From Rhodothermales bacterium (GTDB lineage: Bacteria; Bacteroidota; Rhodothermia; Rhodothermales; UBA10348), in contig CBDFGO010000002.1 in NCBI GenBank assembly GCA_965247125.1, forward strand, positions 964,472 to 1,028,471: a stretch of 64,000 nt of DNA, given 5' to 3'. The notes beneath the pieces were generated by a model. It had not been told where the DNA came from and searched no databases. It worked only from the letters and a program-made list of their open reading frames with translations. Both the position numbers and the translations under genes were made by a program. Shown here one piece after another: positions 48,812-59,065 of this stretch. Numbering within the stretch: position 1 is the stretch's first letter; each line of letters begins with the position of its first letter.

Positions 48812-49849
48812 TCAGCCGGTTTCTACCGCCGGGTCCATTACCGACCGGCCAACGGCAGAAGCAATCATTCGTACTTGATCCATCATCTCCGTGAGCTCGT
48901 CAAACACCAGTGATTGTGGTCCATCACTCAAGGATCGTTCGGGTGCAGGATGCACCTCGATCAGCAGTCCGTCTGCACCGGCCGCGATGGCTGCTCGGGC
49001 CATGGGTACTATCTCGTTTCGGGTTCCGACACCGTGACCGGGATCCACGATCACAGGAAGGTGGCTCTTGGCCTTCACGACCGGCACCGCCGAGATGTCC
49101 AGCGTGTTTCGGGTGGACGGTTCGAATGTGCGGATGCCCCGCTCACACAGAATTACATTGGGGTTATTTTCGGCGAGGATGTATTCGGCACTCATGAGCC
49201 ATTCTTCAATCGTGGCTGACATTCCTCGCTCAAGAAGTATCGGAAGACCGGTTTGTCCGACTGCTTTCAGGAGCGGATAATTCTGCATGTTGCGCGCCCC
49301 GATCTGAAGCATGTCCGCGTATCTGGCGATCAGCTCCGTCTGAGGAGGTTCGATGATCTCAGTCACCACTGCCAGACCATTCCTGTCAGCCGCGTCGCGC
49401 ATCATAACCAACTCGGGCTCTCCGAGTCCTTGAAACAAATGGGGAGCAGAGTGAGGCTTGAAGGACCCGCCGCGAAGGATGGTCCCCCCGGACTCGGAAA
49501 CCATTTTCGCACACTGCTCAATACGCTCCTCAGATTCCACGGAGCAGGGTCCGGCCATGACAACCACCCGATCTGCACCTACCGTCTCATTGCCGACCTT
49601 CACCTTAGTGAGGTCCTGTTTCCAAGCCCGACTCGCGAACTTATATGGATCGGTAACCCGGTGAACTTCCGATACACCATCCAGGAGTTGCAGATGTCGA
49701 ACGTCAAACTCGGGGTTCACGCCCACCGCGCCCAGAACCGAGCGTTGGCTCCCACTGGAGCGGTGGACATCAAAACCGTATTCATTGAGCTCCGAGATGA
49801 CGGTTTCAATTTGACCTTCGGAGGCCCCAATATTCATGACTACGATCAT
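48812..49849 (-). CDS. aroF: DAHP synthase type I-beta homolog with N-terminal ferredoxin-like regulatory domain; atypical active site
   Basis: AGPCSVES, QIGARNMQN, CERGIRTFE, RNTLD, EVHP..SLSDGPQSL; ATGA overlap with the tyrS stop. Confidence 0.85.
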   Translation of the reverse strand: MIVVMNIGASEGQIETVISELNEYGFDVHRSSGSQRSVLGAVGVNPEFDVRHLQLLDGVSEVHRVTDPYKFASRAWKQDLTKVKVGNETVGADRVVVMAGPCSVESEERIEQCAKMVSESGGTILRGGSFKPHSAPHLFQGLGEPELVMMRDAADRNGLAVVTEIIEPPQTELIARYADMLQIGARNMQNYPLLKAVGQTGLPILLERGMSATIEEWLMSAEYILAENNPNVILCERGIRTFEPSTRNTLDISAVPVVKAKSHLPVIVDPGHGVGTRNEIVPMARAAIAAGADGLLIEVHPAPERSLSDGPQSLVFDELTEMMDQVRMIASAVGRSVMDPAVETG

Positions 49850-51144
49850 GACTTGTCCTCCGAACCAATCCGAACGATGTGATAGGTTCGCTTTCCTTTT
49901 CTCAACACAATCAGCTCGCCCTCTACACAATCGTCGATGGTCAGCCGACGGTTTTCGTCTTCGCTGCGGGCATTGTTCACGAACAGTCCACCTTGCCTGA
50001 TGAGGCGCCTCGCTTCACCGTTGGAAGCCGTGATGCCCGTTTCTCTGCATAAATCGAGAATCCCAATTCCCTCGCCGTCGAGTTCTCCCGCAGAAAGCAC
50101 CGTCGAGGGCACATCTTCAAAAATATCTATCAAATCCGTTACGCTCAGAGAGTCCATCGACCCCCCGAAAAGAACTTTTGAGGCTGATTCTGCCTTGTCC
50201 AGTTCGGTCTCGCCATGAACCATCGTCGTTACGAGCCTCGCGAGCGACCGCTGAGCTTCCCTGGAACCCGGTCGCTGAACGAGTTCTTCCTCGAGGCCGG
50301 CAATTTCCGTTTCCGACAACCATGTAAATGACTTCAGGTAGGGGATTGCGTCATTATCGTCCGTGTTCATCCAGAACTGATAAAATCGGTACGGAGAGGT
50401 CCTCTCCTTATCCAGCCAGACCGTTCCCGATTCGGTTTTACCGAATTTCGTTCCCGATGAGTTGGTGACCAGAGGGAAGACGAGGCCGTGGACCTTGTTT
50501 CCGTTCACACGTCGGATCAGGTCCGCTCCAGCCAGTATGTTTCCCCATTGATCACTTCCGCCCAACTGCAAGGAACAATCGGCCCGGCGATTGAGCTCGA
50601 GAAAGTCGTACGCCTGCAGCATCATGTAAGAAAATTCCGTATACGACATTCCATCTTCAGACTGCAGTCGCCGCTTTACAGATTCCTTCGCCATCATGTA
50701 ATTGACGGTAAAGTGTTTTCCGACGTCACGCAGGAAGTCAATCATCTGCAATTCTCCAAGCCAATCGAGATTGTTCACGATTTTTGCCTGGTTGCCCTTG
50801 CGTTCAAAATCCAGAAAGCGGGTCAGCTGATTCCTGATGCCCTCGAGATTTTCCTGGACGAGATCACTGGTCAGTAATTGCCTCTCGGTCGCCTTCCCGC
50901 TTGGATCGCCGATCAGACCCGTACCTCCGCCAACAAGGGCAATCGGGGTGTGTCCGAATCGCTGCAGTCGAGCCAGGCCCATGATGGGCAGCAAGGATCC
51001 GACATGCAGACTTGAAGCCGTGGGGTCGAATCCGATGTATGCCGTGATTGACTCTTTTCCGAGAACTTTCTCCACACCGGGTGTCGAATCATAGAGTAGC
51101 CCGCGCCACTCGAACTCATCGTAAATGTTGCCCTGAATGCTCAT
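49846..51144 (-). CDS. tyrS: Tyrosine--tRNA ligase
   Basis: GFDPTASSLHVGS (HIGH), QLGGSDQWGN, KFGKT (KMSKS), S4-like C-terminal domain. Confidence 0.98.
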   Translation of the reverse strand: MSIQGNIYDEFEWRGLLYDSTPGVEKVLGKESITAYIGFDPTASSLHVGSLLPIMGLARLQRFGHTPIALVGGGTGLIGDPSGKATERQLLTSDLVQENLEGIRNQLTRFLDFERKGNQAKIVNNLDWLGELQMIDFLRDVGKHFTVNYMMAKESVKRRLQSEDGMSYTEFSYMMLQAYDFLELNRRADCSLQLGGSDQWGNILAGADLIRRVNGNKVHGLVFPLVTNSSGTKFGKTESGTVWLDKERTSPYRFYQFWMNTDDNDAIPYLKSFTWLSETEIAGLEEELVQRPGSREAQRSLARLVTTMVHGETELDKAESASKVLFGGSMDSLSVTDLIDIFEDVPSTVLSAGELDGEGIGILDLCRETGITASNGEARRLIRQGGLFVNNARSEDENRRLTIDDCVEGELIVLRKGKRTYHIVRIGSEDKS

Positions 51145-51249
51145 TTCTGAATGTTTTGTCGGGTCACAGCCCGATTCAGTATTAAAGGGGGTTATCAGTC
51201 AAATCGATTGAAAAGGGCCTTGTAGACCCTTTCGATGTAGGCCTGTTCC

Positions 51250-52314
51250 TCAGCGGTACCGCTCCAGACGGAACCGTTCTCCAAGGTAACGGCGACGTAC
51301 CTCAGGATCAGAAGCAAGTGCTTCCGCCGTTCCCTGTTTTAGAATCATGCCTTCATACAATAGGTATGCGCGATCCGTAATGGCCAGTGTTTCGTGCACA
51401 TTGTGGTCCGTGATGAGAACTCCAATTCCCCGCTTCTTGAGTCGGTTCACGATATGCTGGATATCTTCTACCGCGATGGGATCGACACCCGCAAAAGGCT
51501 CATCGAGAAGGAAGAATGAGGGCCTGGTCGCCAGTGCTCTAGCGATTTCAGTCCGGCGTCGTTCCCCTCCCGAAAGAGTGTATCCTTTTGAGCGTCGAAC
51601 CTTTTCAAGTCCGAATTCCTCGATTAACTCCTCCACCCGAACCTTTCGTTCTGAGCGAGAGAGGGACTGATATTCCAGAACCGCCGCGAGATTGTCTTCA
51701 ACGCTGAGTTGTGCAAAAATGGACGCCTCCTGAGCCAGATAGCCGATACCCCTGCGGGCGCGCTCATACATGGGGAGGTTCGTGATATCCTCATTTCCTA
51801 AAATGACCCTTCCACCATCAGGCCGCACCATTCCCACTATCATATAGAAGGTTGTCGTTTTTCCCGCACCATTGGGTCCCAGCAATCCGACGATTTCCCC
51901 CTGCCGGACCTCTATTTCTATGGCCTTCACAACGGACCGTTTTCGGTACCGTTTCACCAGGCCATCTGCCCTCAGCACCAGATCACCCAGTTCCACCTCA
52001 CTACCGGCCCCGTTTTCTTCGTGCGAGATCTGAGTCGCTTTTCGGACAATCTCATCGATGAATGGGTCGAGGGATTCATCTTCAGCGTCTGAGGCGGGTA
52101 AGACAGGGCTGTTTGGAATCATCCTGTAAGCTTTGTGCCAGGCCTTCACCGCGTCAGCTTCCTGCAGGTTCGCTTCATATGCTTGAGCCAGAAGCACGTG
52201 CGCAATGACGAACGTCGGCACGAGTTCGACGAGGTCTTCAAGTAAGGGAATCACCAGCTGGGGCTGGCCCTCCTTGAACAACTCCAGTGCCTTTTCTATT
52301 TCCTGTAGTGCCAT
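51250..52314 (-). CDS. lptB: LPS export ABC ATPase LptB with N-terminal TPR-like extension
   Basis: [53 protein letters not shown]. Confidence 0.93.
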   Translation of the reverse strand: MALQEIEKALELFKEGQPQLVIPLLEDLVELVPTFVIAHVLLAQAYEANLQEADAVKAWHKAYRMIPNSPVLPASDAEDESLDPFIDEIVRKATQISHEENGAGSEVELGDLVLRADGLVKRYRKRSVVKAIEIEVRQGEIVGLLGPNGAGKTTTFYMIVGMVRPDGGRVILGNEDITNLPMYERARRGIGYLAQEASIFAQLSVEDNLAAVLEYQSLSRSERKVRVEELIEEFGLEKVRRSKGYTLSGGERRRTEIARALATRPSFFLLDEPFAGVDPIAVEDIQHIVNRLKKRGIGVLITDHNVHETLAITDRAYLLYEGMILKQGTAEALASDPEVRRRYLGERFRLERYR

Positions 52315-52323
52315 AGTTACCGA

Positions 52324-53715
52324 TCAGTTCTCGCCGGTGGTCACCGCCGAAGCGATATGCATCCGACGATCAATTTCATTCCAGAACTCCGATGCGATCG
52401 CGTCGCGATCTGGTTGCTGGTCTGGCTCCCAAATATAACCCGCCAGGTTGGAGAGTCGATCGAATAGATGTTCCGGATAGTACGTCCCCTCGACACCCGT
52501 ATAAAACGCTACGTCATTCAGCATGCCCCGAACAAAGTCGAAGCGCATGCCATCTCCGGATCCTCGGTATGCTGCCAGCTCTCCCCCTTCCTCGCGCTCG
52601 AGAAAAAAGACCGATTCTGCACTCTCCTCAATCAACATCGAACGAAGGGAAACCTGTCGCGTCACGAGCGTTAAGTGCTGTCCCTTCAATTGCTGAATTC
52701 GGCCCGAAAGAGAGTCCCGGCTCGCGACAAATACGTTTCCAATCCCGAAGATCGAGTCCACCTCAGCCGATGAGATCAGATCGAGAGAATCCGATATCAA
52801 CTGGGTGTCGGTCAACCACGCGATCGGACTTCCGCGAACACTGGTACGTTGGTTGTCATCTCCATCTGTAGTCGTGGACAGTGAGTCGCCCGTCACAGTG
52901 TAGGAAGAGGTGGATACCAGGACTGAATCAGTGGCGATCAGCGAATCCTCTCCTTGCAGATACAGCGACTCAGCAGAGACATAGAGGGTATCTGCATCCG
53001 CAGGTTCGATAACTGCCATTTTCGCACCTCCTCCCACGAATATCGAGTCTGCGGCCGCGTCTCGATAGAGTCTTTCACCTAGTAGGTAGGTCTGCTTCGA
53101 CTCACCGAGCTTGGAACGGATTACAATGATATCGCCCCAAGCACTCGCTTGTCGCTCTTCGCGTCTGTACCTCACCGAATCCGCATACAGTGTCAGGTCA
53201 TCCTGGACCAGCCTCACGTTTCGGCTGAACACTGCGATATTTGCATCGGTACGATAGACAGCCCTGTCTGCAAACAGAACTGTCAGGCTGTCCGTGTATT
53301 GAACGCCCTCGTCAAATACCGTCCTGTCCTCATCTGAATAGTGTATAGCGTTGGGCGATCTGAGCACAACTTCGCCATCTGACAACTGAACATTTCCCTC
53401 GGCTACGCTCACTTTGGAAGCCTTCTCGTAGCGGAGCCGATCCGTTCGGAGCGTGTCTCCTTCTTCCACGACAACGACATCACCCCAGAATCGGATGTAT
53501 CCATCCCCTTCATCCCTGCCGAAATTGGCCGTCAGTTTGGAACCCTCAGAGGTCAGAATGGGGCGTACCAACTCAGAAACAGATCGTCCGTCAATCTGGC
53601 GGATGATGAGAGAATCAGACTCCAGCTGAACTTCCCGTTGATCCTGTGCGGAGGTAATCGACACGAGAGTGAATGTCAATGCGCTCAGAAGCAAGATCTT
53701 TCTACTCATCTTCAA
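52324..53715 (-). CDS. OstA/LptA-like multi-repeat beta-jellyroll protein
   Basis: Signal peptide, repeated A.GNV / L.AD beta motifs, between lptC and lptB. Confidence 0.75.
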   Translation of the reverse strand: MKMSRKILLLSALTFTLVSITSAQDQREVQLESDSLIIRQIDGRSVSELVRPILTSEGSKLTANFGRDEGDGYIRFWGDVVVVEEGDTLRTDRLRYEKASKVSVAEGNVQLSDGEVVLRSPNAIHYSDEDRTVFDEGVQYTDSLTVLFADRAVYRTDANIAVFSRNVRLVQDDLTLYADSVRYRREERQASAWGDIIVIRSKLGESKQTYLLGERLYRDAAADSIFVGGGAKMAVIEPADADTLYVSAESLYLQGEDSLIATDSVLVSTSSYTVTGDSLSTTTDGDDNQRTSVRGSPIAWLTDTQLISDSLDLISSAEVDSIFGIGNVFVASRDSLSGRIQQLKGQHLTLVTRQVSLRSMLIEESAESVFFLEREEGGELAAYRGSGDGMRFDFVRGMLNDVAFYTGVEGTYYPEHLFDRLSNLAGYIWEPDQQPDRDAIASEFWNEIDRRMHIASAVTTGEN

Positions 53716-54277
53716 TCACCACCACACCGCTGACTCGTGCTAGAGAGAAATCGTTCAGGTCTTCGTCAGCATCCAGCCCGTATCCGGAAAAAGTCTGGGT
53801 GGGAGTTGTGATGGTCGCGAAACCAGCGGTGCCGATTCGCGAAGTAATATCGGACCAGGAGAGGTGCTCGCTGAAGAGCCACCGCTCAGCTCTTGCCTCT
53901 ACGATCACGTCGCCCTCCGCGACAAAGCGGCCCTGCCTCTCGAAGTAGGTAATGGTTTGCGACGTGACCACAGCCGATGTATCTCCGAGAGTATCAAAAA
54001 TAAAAACCTGGACTCGCTCTGATTCTTCGTTGAGGGCTGACATAACCAGGTAGGTACTGTCGGGCGTCTCGTAGCGCGCCATAAACGCGGCTTTCATATG
54101 GATTCGTCGAACACCCCCATCATTGATACGCATGTCAGGATTCCAGCTTTCCGACGTCGGACCTTCATCTTCCAGCAGGGTCTGAATTGTCACGCCAGAT
54201 TCGTGAGACTGACAGCCGCCTGCTAATACGGTGGCGATCACGAAGGTCAATATCAGGTGCGGGAGCTGGAAGCGCAT
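53702..54277 (-). CDS. lptC: LPS export protein LptC
   Basis: Lipoprotein-like N-terminus, AEGDVIV, L.SE.L.W, GYGLDADEDL; first gene of the lpt cluster; start uncertain (54319 possible). Confidence 0.75.
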   Translation of the reverse strand: MRFQLPHLILTFVIATVLAGGCQSHESGVTIQTLLEDEGPTSESWNPDMRINDGGVRRIHMKAAFMARYETPDSTYLVMSALNEESERVQVFIFDTLGDTSAVVTSQTITYFERQGRFVAEGDVIVEARAERWLFSEHLSWSDITSRIGTAGFATITTPTQTFSGYGLDADEDLNDFSLARVSGVVVIEDE

Positions 54278-54601
54278 TGTATATGCGTGTGTGCGAATGC
54301 CAAATGATACGATGGGCATATATTCAAAACCGAGCTGATTCTCCCGCCATCAGTATCGCCTTTCTGGTCTGACATTTTCGGCGTAAACAATTCCGAGTCT
54401 CAAGCTTTCAGGACCCGAGTGGCTGAGTTCCATTTCGATTCAGTTGATTATATTCGATTCAGGGTGTTTCAGTGGGGGTACGGTAGCGGGTATCAATCCT
54501 GAATTATCCGGCATAAAACGCCCGATTAAGCGCTTTAGTTTGGATCTGGTCAGCCGATAACCAAATCGAGTTCAGCATGTACAAACAACACAATACTGGT
54601 C

Positions 54602-54955
54602 ATGGAAGCGACAACAATGAACTTTAAAGTCGAACCGGTCACGAACGAAACCGTCGTGATCAGGATCGGCAAGGCGTTGGATTTCCGCAACGCAGCAGAC
54701 TTCAAAGCAGCAGCACAGACGCAGGTCCGTGCTGGTATTCGAAGCTTTATTCTCGACTTTACCGATACAGGCATCCTGGATTCGACAGGGTTGGGATCCA
54801 TATTTTCACTCTACCGCCAGGTCTCTCCTATAAACGGCCAGGTAGTATTTGCTTCAGTTTCACGTCCTGTTCAGGTCGTGGTGCAGTTGACGCGCACGTA
54901 CAAGGTGTTCAGACAGTTTTCGACCGTCGAAGCCGCACGTAAAGCCGTTAATTAA
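54602..54955 (+). CDS. STAS-domain anti-anti-sigma factor
   Basis: LDF, ILDFTDTGILDSTGLG (phosphorylatable Ser motif). Confidence 0.9.
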   Translation: MEATTMNFKVEPVTNETVVIRIGKALDFRNAADFKAAAQTQVRAGIRSFILDFTDTGILDSTGLGSIFSLYRQVSPINGQVVFASVSRPVQVVVQLTRTYKVFRQFSTVEAARKAVN

Positions 54956-54992
54956 TCCGTTACTCCAGGAACGTATCCTCTGACTCAGAGAT

Positions 54993-55448
54993 ATGGAAAT
55001 CACCCGCCAAAGATTCAGTCGGCTGGACGTCGTCATTGATGAGCTTCACGCGCTGTTTGAAGAGTGGGAGCGCGATGACGCGCTTCTCGCACACCTCGAT
55101 CAGCATACTGTGGAGCTTTTACGTCTGGCCGTTCACGAGTGGATAGCCAATCTCGTCCAGCACGCAGATTTTGCAGGCCGGAGCCCTGAGGTAATTCTGG
55201 ACGTGTATCCCAATGGGAGGCGCGTGCGGTGTGTCATTGAAGACAATTCGGAAGGATTTCCTTTCCCAGAACAACTTTACGTCCAGCAAGACGCCCTGAC
55301 CCCTTTTCCAGAACGTGGAATGGGTCTCCTCATGCTGAACGCCGCTACCGAGTACTTTGAGTACTCTGTTACCCAAGAAGGTATGCGTCGTTTAGAATTC
55401 ACCGTTTCAGCAGATAAAGACTCATGGCTCGACATTCCATTCTCATAG
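54993..55448 (+). CDS. Anti-sigma factor / Ser kinase (RsbW-like HATPase)
   Basis: LAVHEWIANLVQHA (N box), IEDNSEGF, ERGMGL. Confidence 0.85.
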   Translation: MEITRQRFSRLDVVIDELHALFEEWERDDALLAHLDQHTVELLRLAVHEWIANLVQHADFAGRSPEVILDVYPNGRRVRCVIEDNSEGFPFPEQLYVQQDALTPFPERGMGLLMLNAATEYFEYSVTQEGMRRLEFTVSADKDSWLDIPFS

Positions 55449-56608
55449 TAGAGGACGAGCATACTCTGAGGAGGCTGCTCGAATACCGGCTTGGTATGCT
55501 CTACGACGTCCAAACGGCGTCGAATGGCGAGGAAGCCATTGAGCGTCTCGACGAAGAGCTGCCAAATCTGATCATTTCGGACATCATGATGCCGAAAATG
55601 GATGGATTTGCGTTGCAGGCCAAGCTGCAGGACCGCAAGGATACAAGAAACATTCCTTTCATTTTCCTGACTGCCAAGGCCGACGAGGCGAGTAAGCTTA
55701 AAGGCCAGCGCACCGGTGTTGACGATTATATCACAAAGCCATTTGATATCGATGGGCTACTCTCACGAGTTGAGAGGCTGCTCGAGCGTACTGCTCAGTT
55801 CCAGGCTCAGCTCGATGCAAAAATCGGCCTGGATTTCTCGCAGAAATTGATGCCGAAAGACCTTCCAGATGTAGCGGGATACCGCGCATTTTTCCGCAGT
55901 GATCCTCGTGAACACGGTGGTGGGGACATTTTTGATTGGACAGAGTCCCGTCCAGGCACCTATCTCATCACCATCGGAGATGTCATGGGAAAAGGGCTTC
56001 AAGCAAAATTTTACGCATTCAGCTTCCTCGGCTATATCAGGAGTACCATCCACACCATGCTTGGTACGACGAATTCGCCTGCAGAGATGATGAAGCGAGT
56101 GAATCAGATCCTGGTAGACGATCCTCCCCTCGAAGACACGTTTGCCTCCCTCCTCCTCATGCGCTGGGAACCGGCTCGAAATCTCGTCACCTATTCGAAC
56201 GCGGGGCATTGCCGTCCTGTGCTGGTGGGTCCACGAGGAGCCGAAATTGTCAGTCACTCTGACATGATTCTCGGTCTTGACAAGGGAGCGGAGTTCAAGG
56301 ATACATCTATCGTACTCTCTCCCGGGTCAGCCATCGTAACTTATACGGATGGCCTCCTCGAGCAGCAGATGGAAGCGGGTGAGCAACTGGGAGAAGAAGG
56401 AGTCGTCGATAGCATCATGAAGGCGTATGGAACTGCGGATCCCGTAGACCTACTCCTCAAGAACGTGCTGGAAGACAGCTCGGTCGATGAGTTCAGCGAC
56501 GATATCCTGTTGTTCTGGCTTGAACGAGAGACGACTCGCGATCGAAAAACCCCTCGCTGGTTCTCACCCTACGGTGAAGGATCTGAATCCGGCCAAGGCA
56601 CAGTCTAA
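55424..56608 (+). CDS. Response regulator receiver + SpoIIE/PP2C phosphatase (RsbU/RsbY-like)
   Basis: IVED, SDIMMPKMDG, KPF; GGD, GDVMGKG, NAGH, YTDG, DD. Confidence 0.92.
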   Translation: MARHSILIVEDEHTLRRLLEYRLGMLYDVQTASNGEEAIERLDEELPNLIISDIMMPKMDGFALQAKLQDRKDTRNIPFIFLTAKADEASKLKGQRTGVDDYITKPFDIDGLLSRVERLLERTAQFQAQLDAKIGLDFSQKLMPKDLPDVAGYRAFFRSDPREHGGGDIFDWTESRPGTYLITIGDVMGKGLQAKFYAFSFLGYIRSTIHTMLGTTNSPAEMMKRVNQILVDDPPLEDTFASLLLMRWEPARNLVTYSNAGHCRPVLVGPRGAEIVSHSDMILGLDKGAEFKDTSIVLSPGSAIVTYTDGLLEQQMEAGEQLGEEGVVDSIMKAYGTADPVDLLLKNVLEDSSVDEFSDDILLFWLERETTRDRKTPRWFSPYGEGSESGQGTV

Positions 56609-56641
56609 ATTGCACACAGTCTAAAGAAGGCACTGCCTGCC

Positions 56642-57760
56642 TCAGTTCGAGCGTAGGATGATTGCCAGTTCCGTCAGGAACCGTTCGATATCCGATACAG
56701 AATTGTAACCGTGAGCAGAAACTCTGAGTCTGCCGTCGCGGGCGGTCGTCCATACACGCTGCTCTCGAAGTGTCGTACAAACTCGAGCAGCATTTTGGAC
56801 GTCAACAAGAAGAATTCCAGATCCGTATTCCACGGAAGAATGTGATCGAATCGGTAGGTCCAATTCCTGAAGTCCCGATCGAATAGACTGGATCGATGAC
56901 AGAATTCGGGACTTCATATTTTCAACGCCAACCTCAGAGAGCAAGCGCAGGGCCTCTCCCATCGAAAATATTCCCGAAAATGCGGGGTGTCCCATCTCGT
57001 GCCCGATTCCTGCAGGCCACAGATCGAGTCGATCATTTTCGAGTGCGTACGCATTTCTTGCGCTGCGCCAACCTACCAAAGGAGGATCCCCTATCGGCCA
57101 ATTGAATCCTGTGGCCAGGACCGCCACACCGTAACCCGCAGTTGCCCACTTGTACCCGCTGAAAATCAGCGCGTCTATGTAGTCATCTTCAAGGTTTATG
57201 GGAAAGGCTCCGATCGACTGAGTGGCATCGACGATAAACAGAACATCATTTTCCCGGCATACCCTTCCTAGCTCGCGAATGTCAGAACGGAAGCCATTTG
57301 CATACTGTACTGAACTCAGCACGAAAGCCCGAGGACGAGGGTCCAGATTTCGCGAGAGTATATCTGCATCGACATATCCGGTGGAATCAGTCGGCATGAA
57401 CTTCACCTCCCACCCCGCCCTGATAAACGGCGTGGTGCAGGAGGGAAATTCCTTGTCGATGGCAAGTAGTGTTGCGCCTTCGCCCAGCGAACGAGCCGCG
57501 ATATTAAGGCCCAGAGAAGCATTCTGCAGAAACGCGATTTGATGCGCGGCTGCGCCGACGAATTTGGCGACATCATTTCTGTCCAACTCGGCGCGCTCAA
57601 TCCATTCATCCCACGCCGTGTCGCCCTTTTCAAGAGCTTCCTGATAGTATTGCTGACCCGCCCGGGCAACTCGATACGACATCACTCCACCGCCGGCGGT
57701 GTTTAAATATGTTCGATCCTCGAGGGCAGGAAACTGCGATCTGAAGGTGGTCCAGTCCAT
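56642..57760 (-). CDS. Class V PLP-dependent aminotransferase / cysteine desulfurase-like enzyme
   Basis: FRSQFP, YLNTA, DATQSIG, SGYKW, LRVSAHGYN; start moved to MDWTTF. Confidence 0.85.
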   Translation of the reverse strand: MDWTTFRSQFPALEDRTYLNTAGGGVMSYRVARAGQQYYQEALEKGDTAWDEWIERAELDRNDVAKFVGAAAHQIAFLQNASLGLNIAARSLGEGATLLAIDKEFPSCTTPFIRAGWEVKFMPTDSTGYVDADILSRNLDPRPRAFVLSSVQYANGFRSDIRELGRVCRENDVLFIVDATQSIGAFPINLEDDYIDALIFSGYKWATAGYGVAVLATGFNWPIGDPPLVGWRSARNAYALENDRLDLWPAGIGHEMGHPAFSGIFSMGEALRLLSEVGVENMKSRILSSIQSIRSGLQELDLPIRSHSSVEYGSGILLVDVQNAARVCTTLREQRVWTTARDGRLRVSAHGYNSVSDIERFLTELAIILRSN

Positions 57761-58030
57761 CACGGTAAATTTAGAAATACTGGTAGAAGTTATCTCAATG
57801 CCTGTTGACAGGCGATTGTCGAACGGTAAACCGGCCTGCGGAGGGCGCACGTTAATATATTGTCACCCCAAGATATTCAGTTGAACCCCTCTGGCACACC
57901 TCTCAAACACAATTAGAGCTGGGTTGGAGGAATGCCTTGCGATCGGATCAAAGATTTACGTTAATTCGTTGTGACGGGGTGCATATGGAGACATATCGCC
58001 GCAGAACGTAGATTTTTGTGTGCTATTGAT

Positions 58031-58510
58031 ATGCGAATCAGGACTGCAATTCTTATTCCGACGTTGATCTGTCTGCTGACAGGTTGCCGGGACTATGGCG
58101 TCGACTCGAATCCCGACGGAAGCCCGGCGCCTGGGCAAAAAGAAATCGATGTCCAGCCAAATGTACCGTTTGAGCTTGTTCTCGGGGGCACGGCACGGTT
58201 AGAGGGAACCGACCTGCAGATAGAATTTTCGTTTGTGAACGAAGACAGTCGATGCGCATCAAATGTAACCTGCATCCATGCCGGAAGGGCGATCATCCTT
58301 CTGACCATCACGGACGGTCAGTTCGCCCGCCATCAATTGGTAGCGCATATTCCGGGCCTGGTGGCGACGCCGTATCGGTTGAACGACATCATTCAGTTTG
58401 ACAATCATCGCTACCGGCTGCTGCGTCTGAACCCTTATCCCGTAGACGGGGTACCGATTGATGATTCCGATTATCGAGCCCTTATAGATATTGAAAAACT
58501 TTTTGATTGA
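58031..58510 (+). CDS. Hypothetical lipoprotein
   Basis: Lipobox LTG-C, EDSRCASNVTCIHAG motif, LNPYP. Confidence 0.75.
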   Translation: MRIRTAILIPTLICLLTGCRDYGVDSNPDGSPAPGQKEIDVQPNVPFELVLGGTARLEGTDLQIEFSFVNEDSRCASNVTCIHAGRAIILLTITDGQFARHQLVAHIPGLVATPYRLNDIIQFDNHRYRLLRLNPYPVDGVPIDDSDYRALIDIEKLFD

Positions 58511-58633
58511 AGGCCTGCGTTCGCTCTCGTGAACGATTCACATCTTCTTCCCCTCTACAGTGAACGATAAATCTGTGTTCACTCGTATTTTTTAGGCTCT
58601 CAATTTATCCGTTTCTTTCGATCAAGAGGAGTC

Positions 58634-59065
58634 ATGGCTCTCGAGCGCACACTTGCAATTCTAAAACCGGACTGCGTCCGAAAAAATCTCATTGGCGAAG
58701 TTATCCGCAGGATTCAGGAAGCGGGTTTTACAGTTCGCGCCCTCAAGATGATCAATCTTTCGAGAGTCGATGCGGAAGGGTTTTACGCCGTACATCGCGA
58801 CCGCCCCTTTTTCGGTGAACTAACGGAATTCATGTCGTCAGGTCCCTGTGTTCCTATCGTTCTCGAAAAGGAAAATGCAGTGGCCGATTTTCGTACTCTG
58901 ATCGGAGCGACGGATCCTGCAGAGGCCGATGCTGGTACGATTCGAAGAGATTTCGCTGACAACAAAGGGCAGAACATCGTCCATGGATCTGACTCTCCTG
59001 AAAATGGTCTACTCGAATCGAATTATTACTTCCCGGAAGTCGAGATCGTCAGCAACGCTGGCTAA
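58634..59065 (+). CDS. ndk: Nucleoside diphosphate kinase
   Basis: [29 protein letters not shown]. Confidence 0.98.
   Translation: MALERTLAILKPDCVRKNLIGEVIRRIQEAGFTVRALKMINLSRVDAEGFYAVHRDRPFFGELTEFMSSGPCVPIVLEKENAVADFRTLIGATDPAEADAGTIRRDFADNKGQNIVHGSDSPENGLLESNYYFPEVEIVSNAG

Noticed and set aside
56598-56626. Duplicated CACAGTCTAAA at a convergent gene junction
   Set aside because: Only 11 bp in two copies; likely a slippage scar with no further support.
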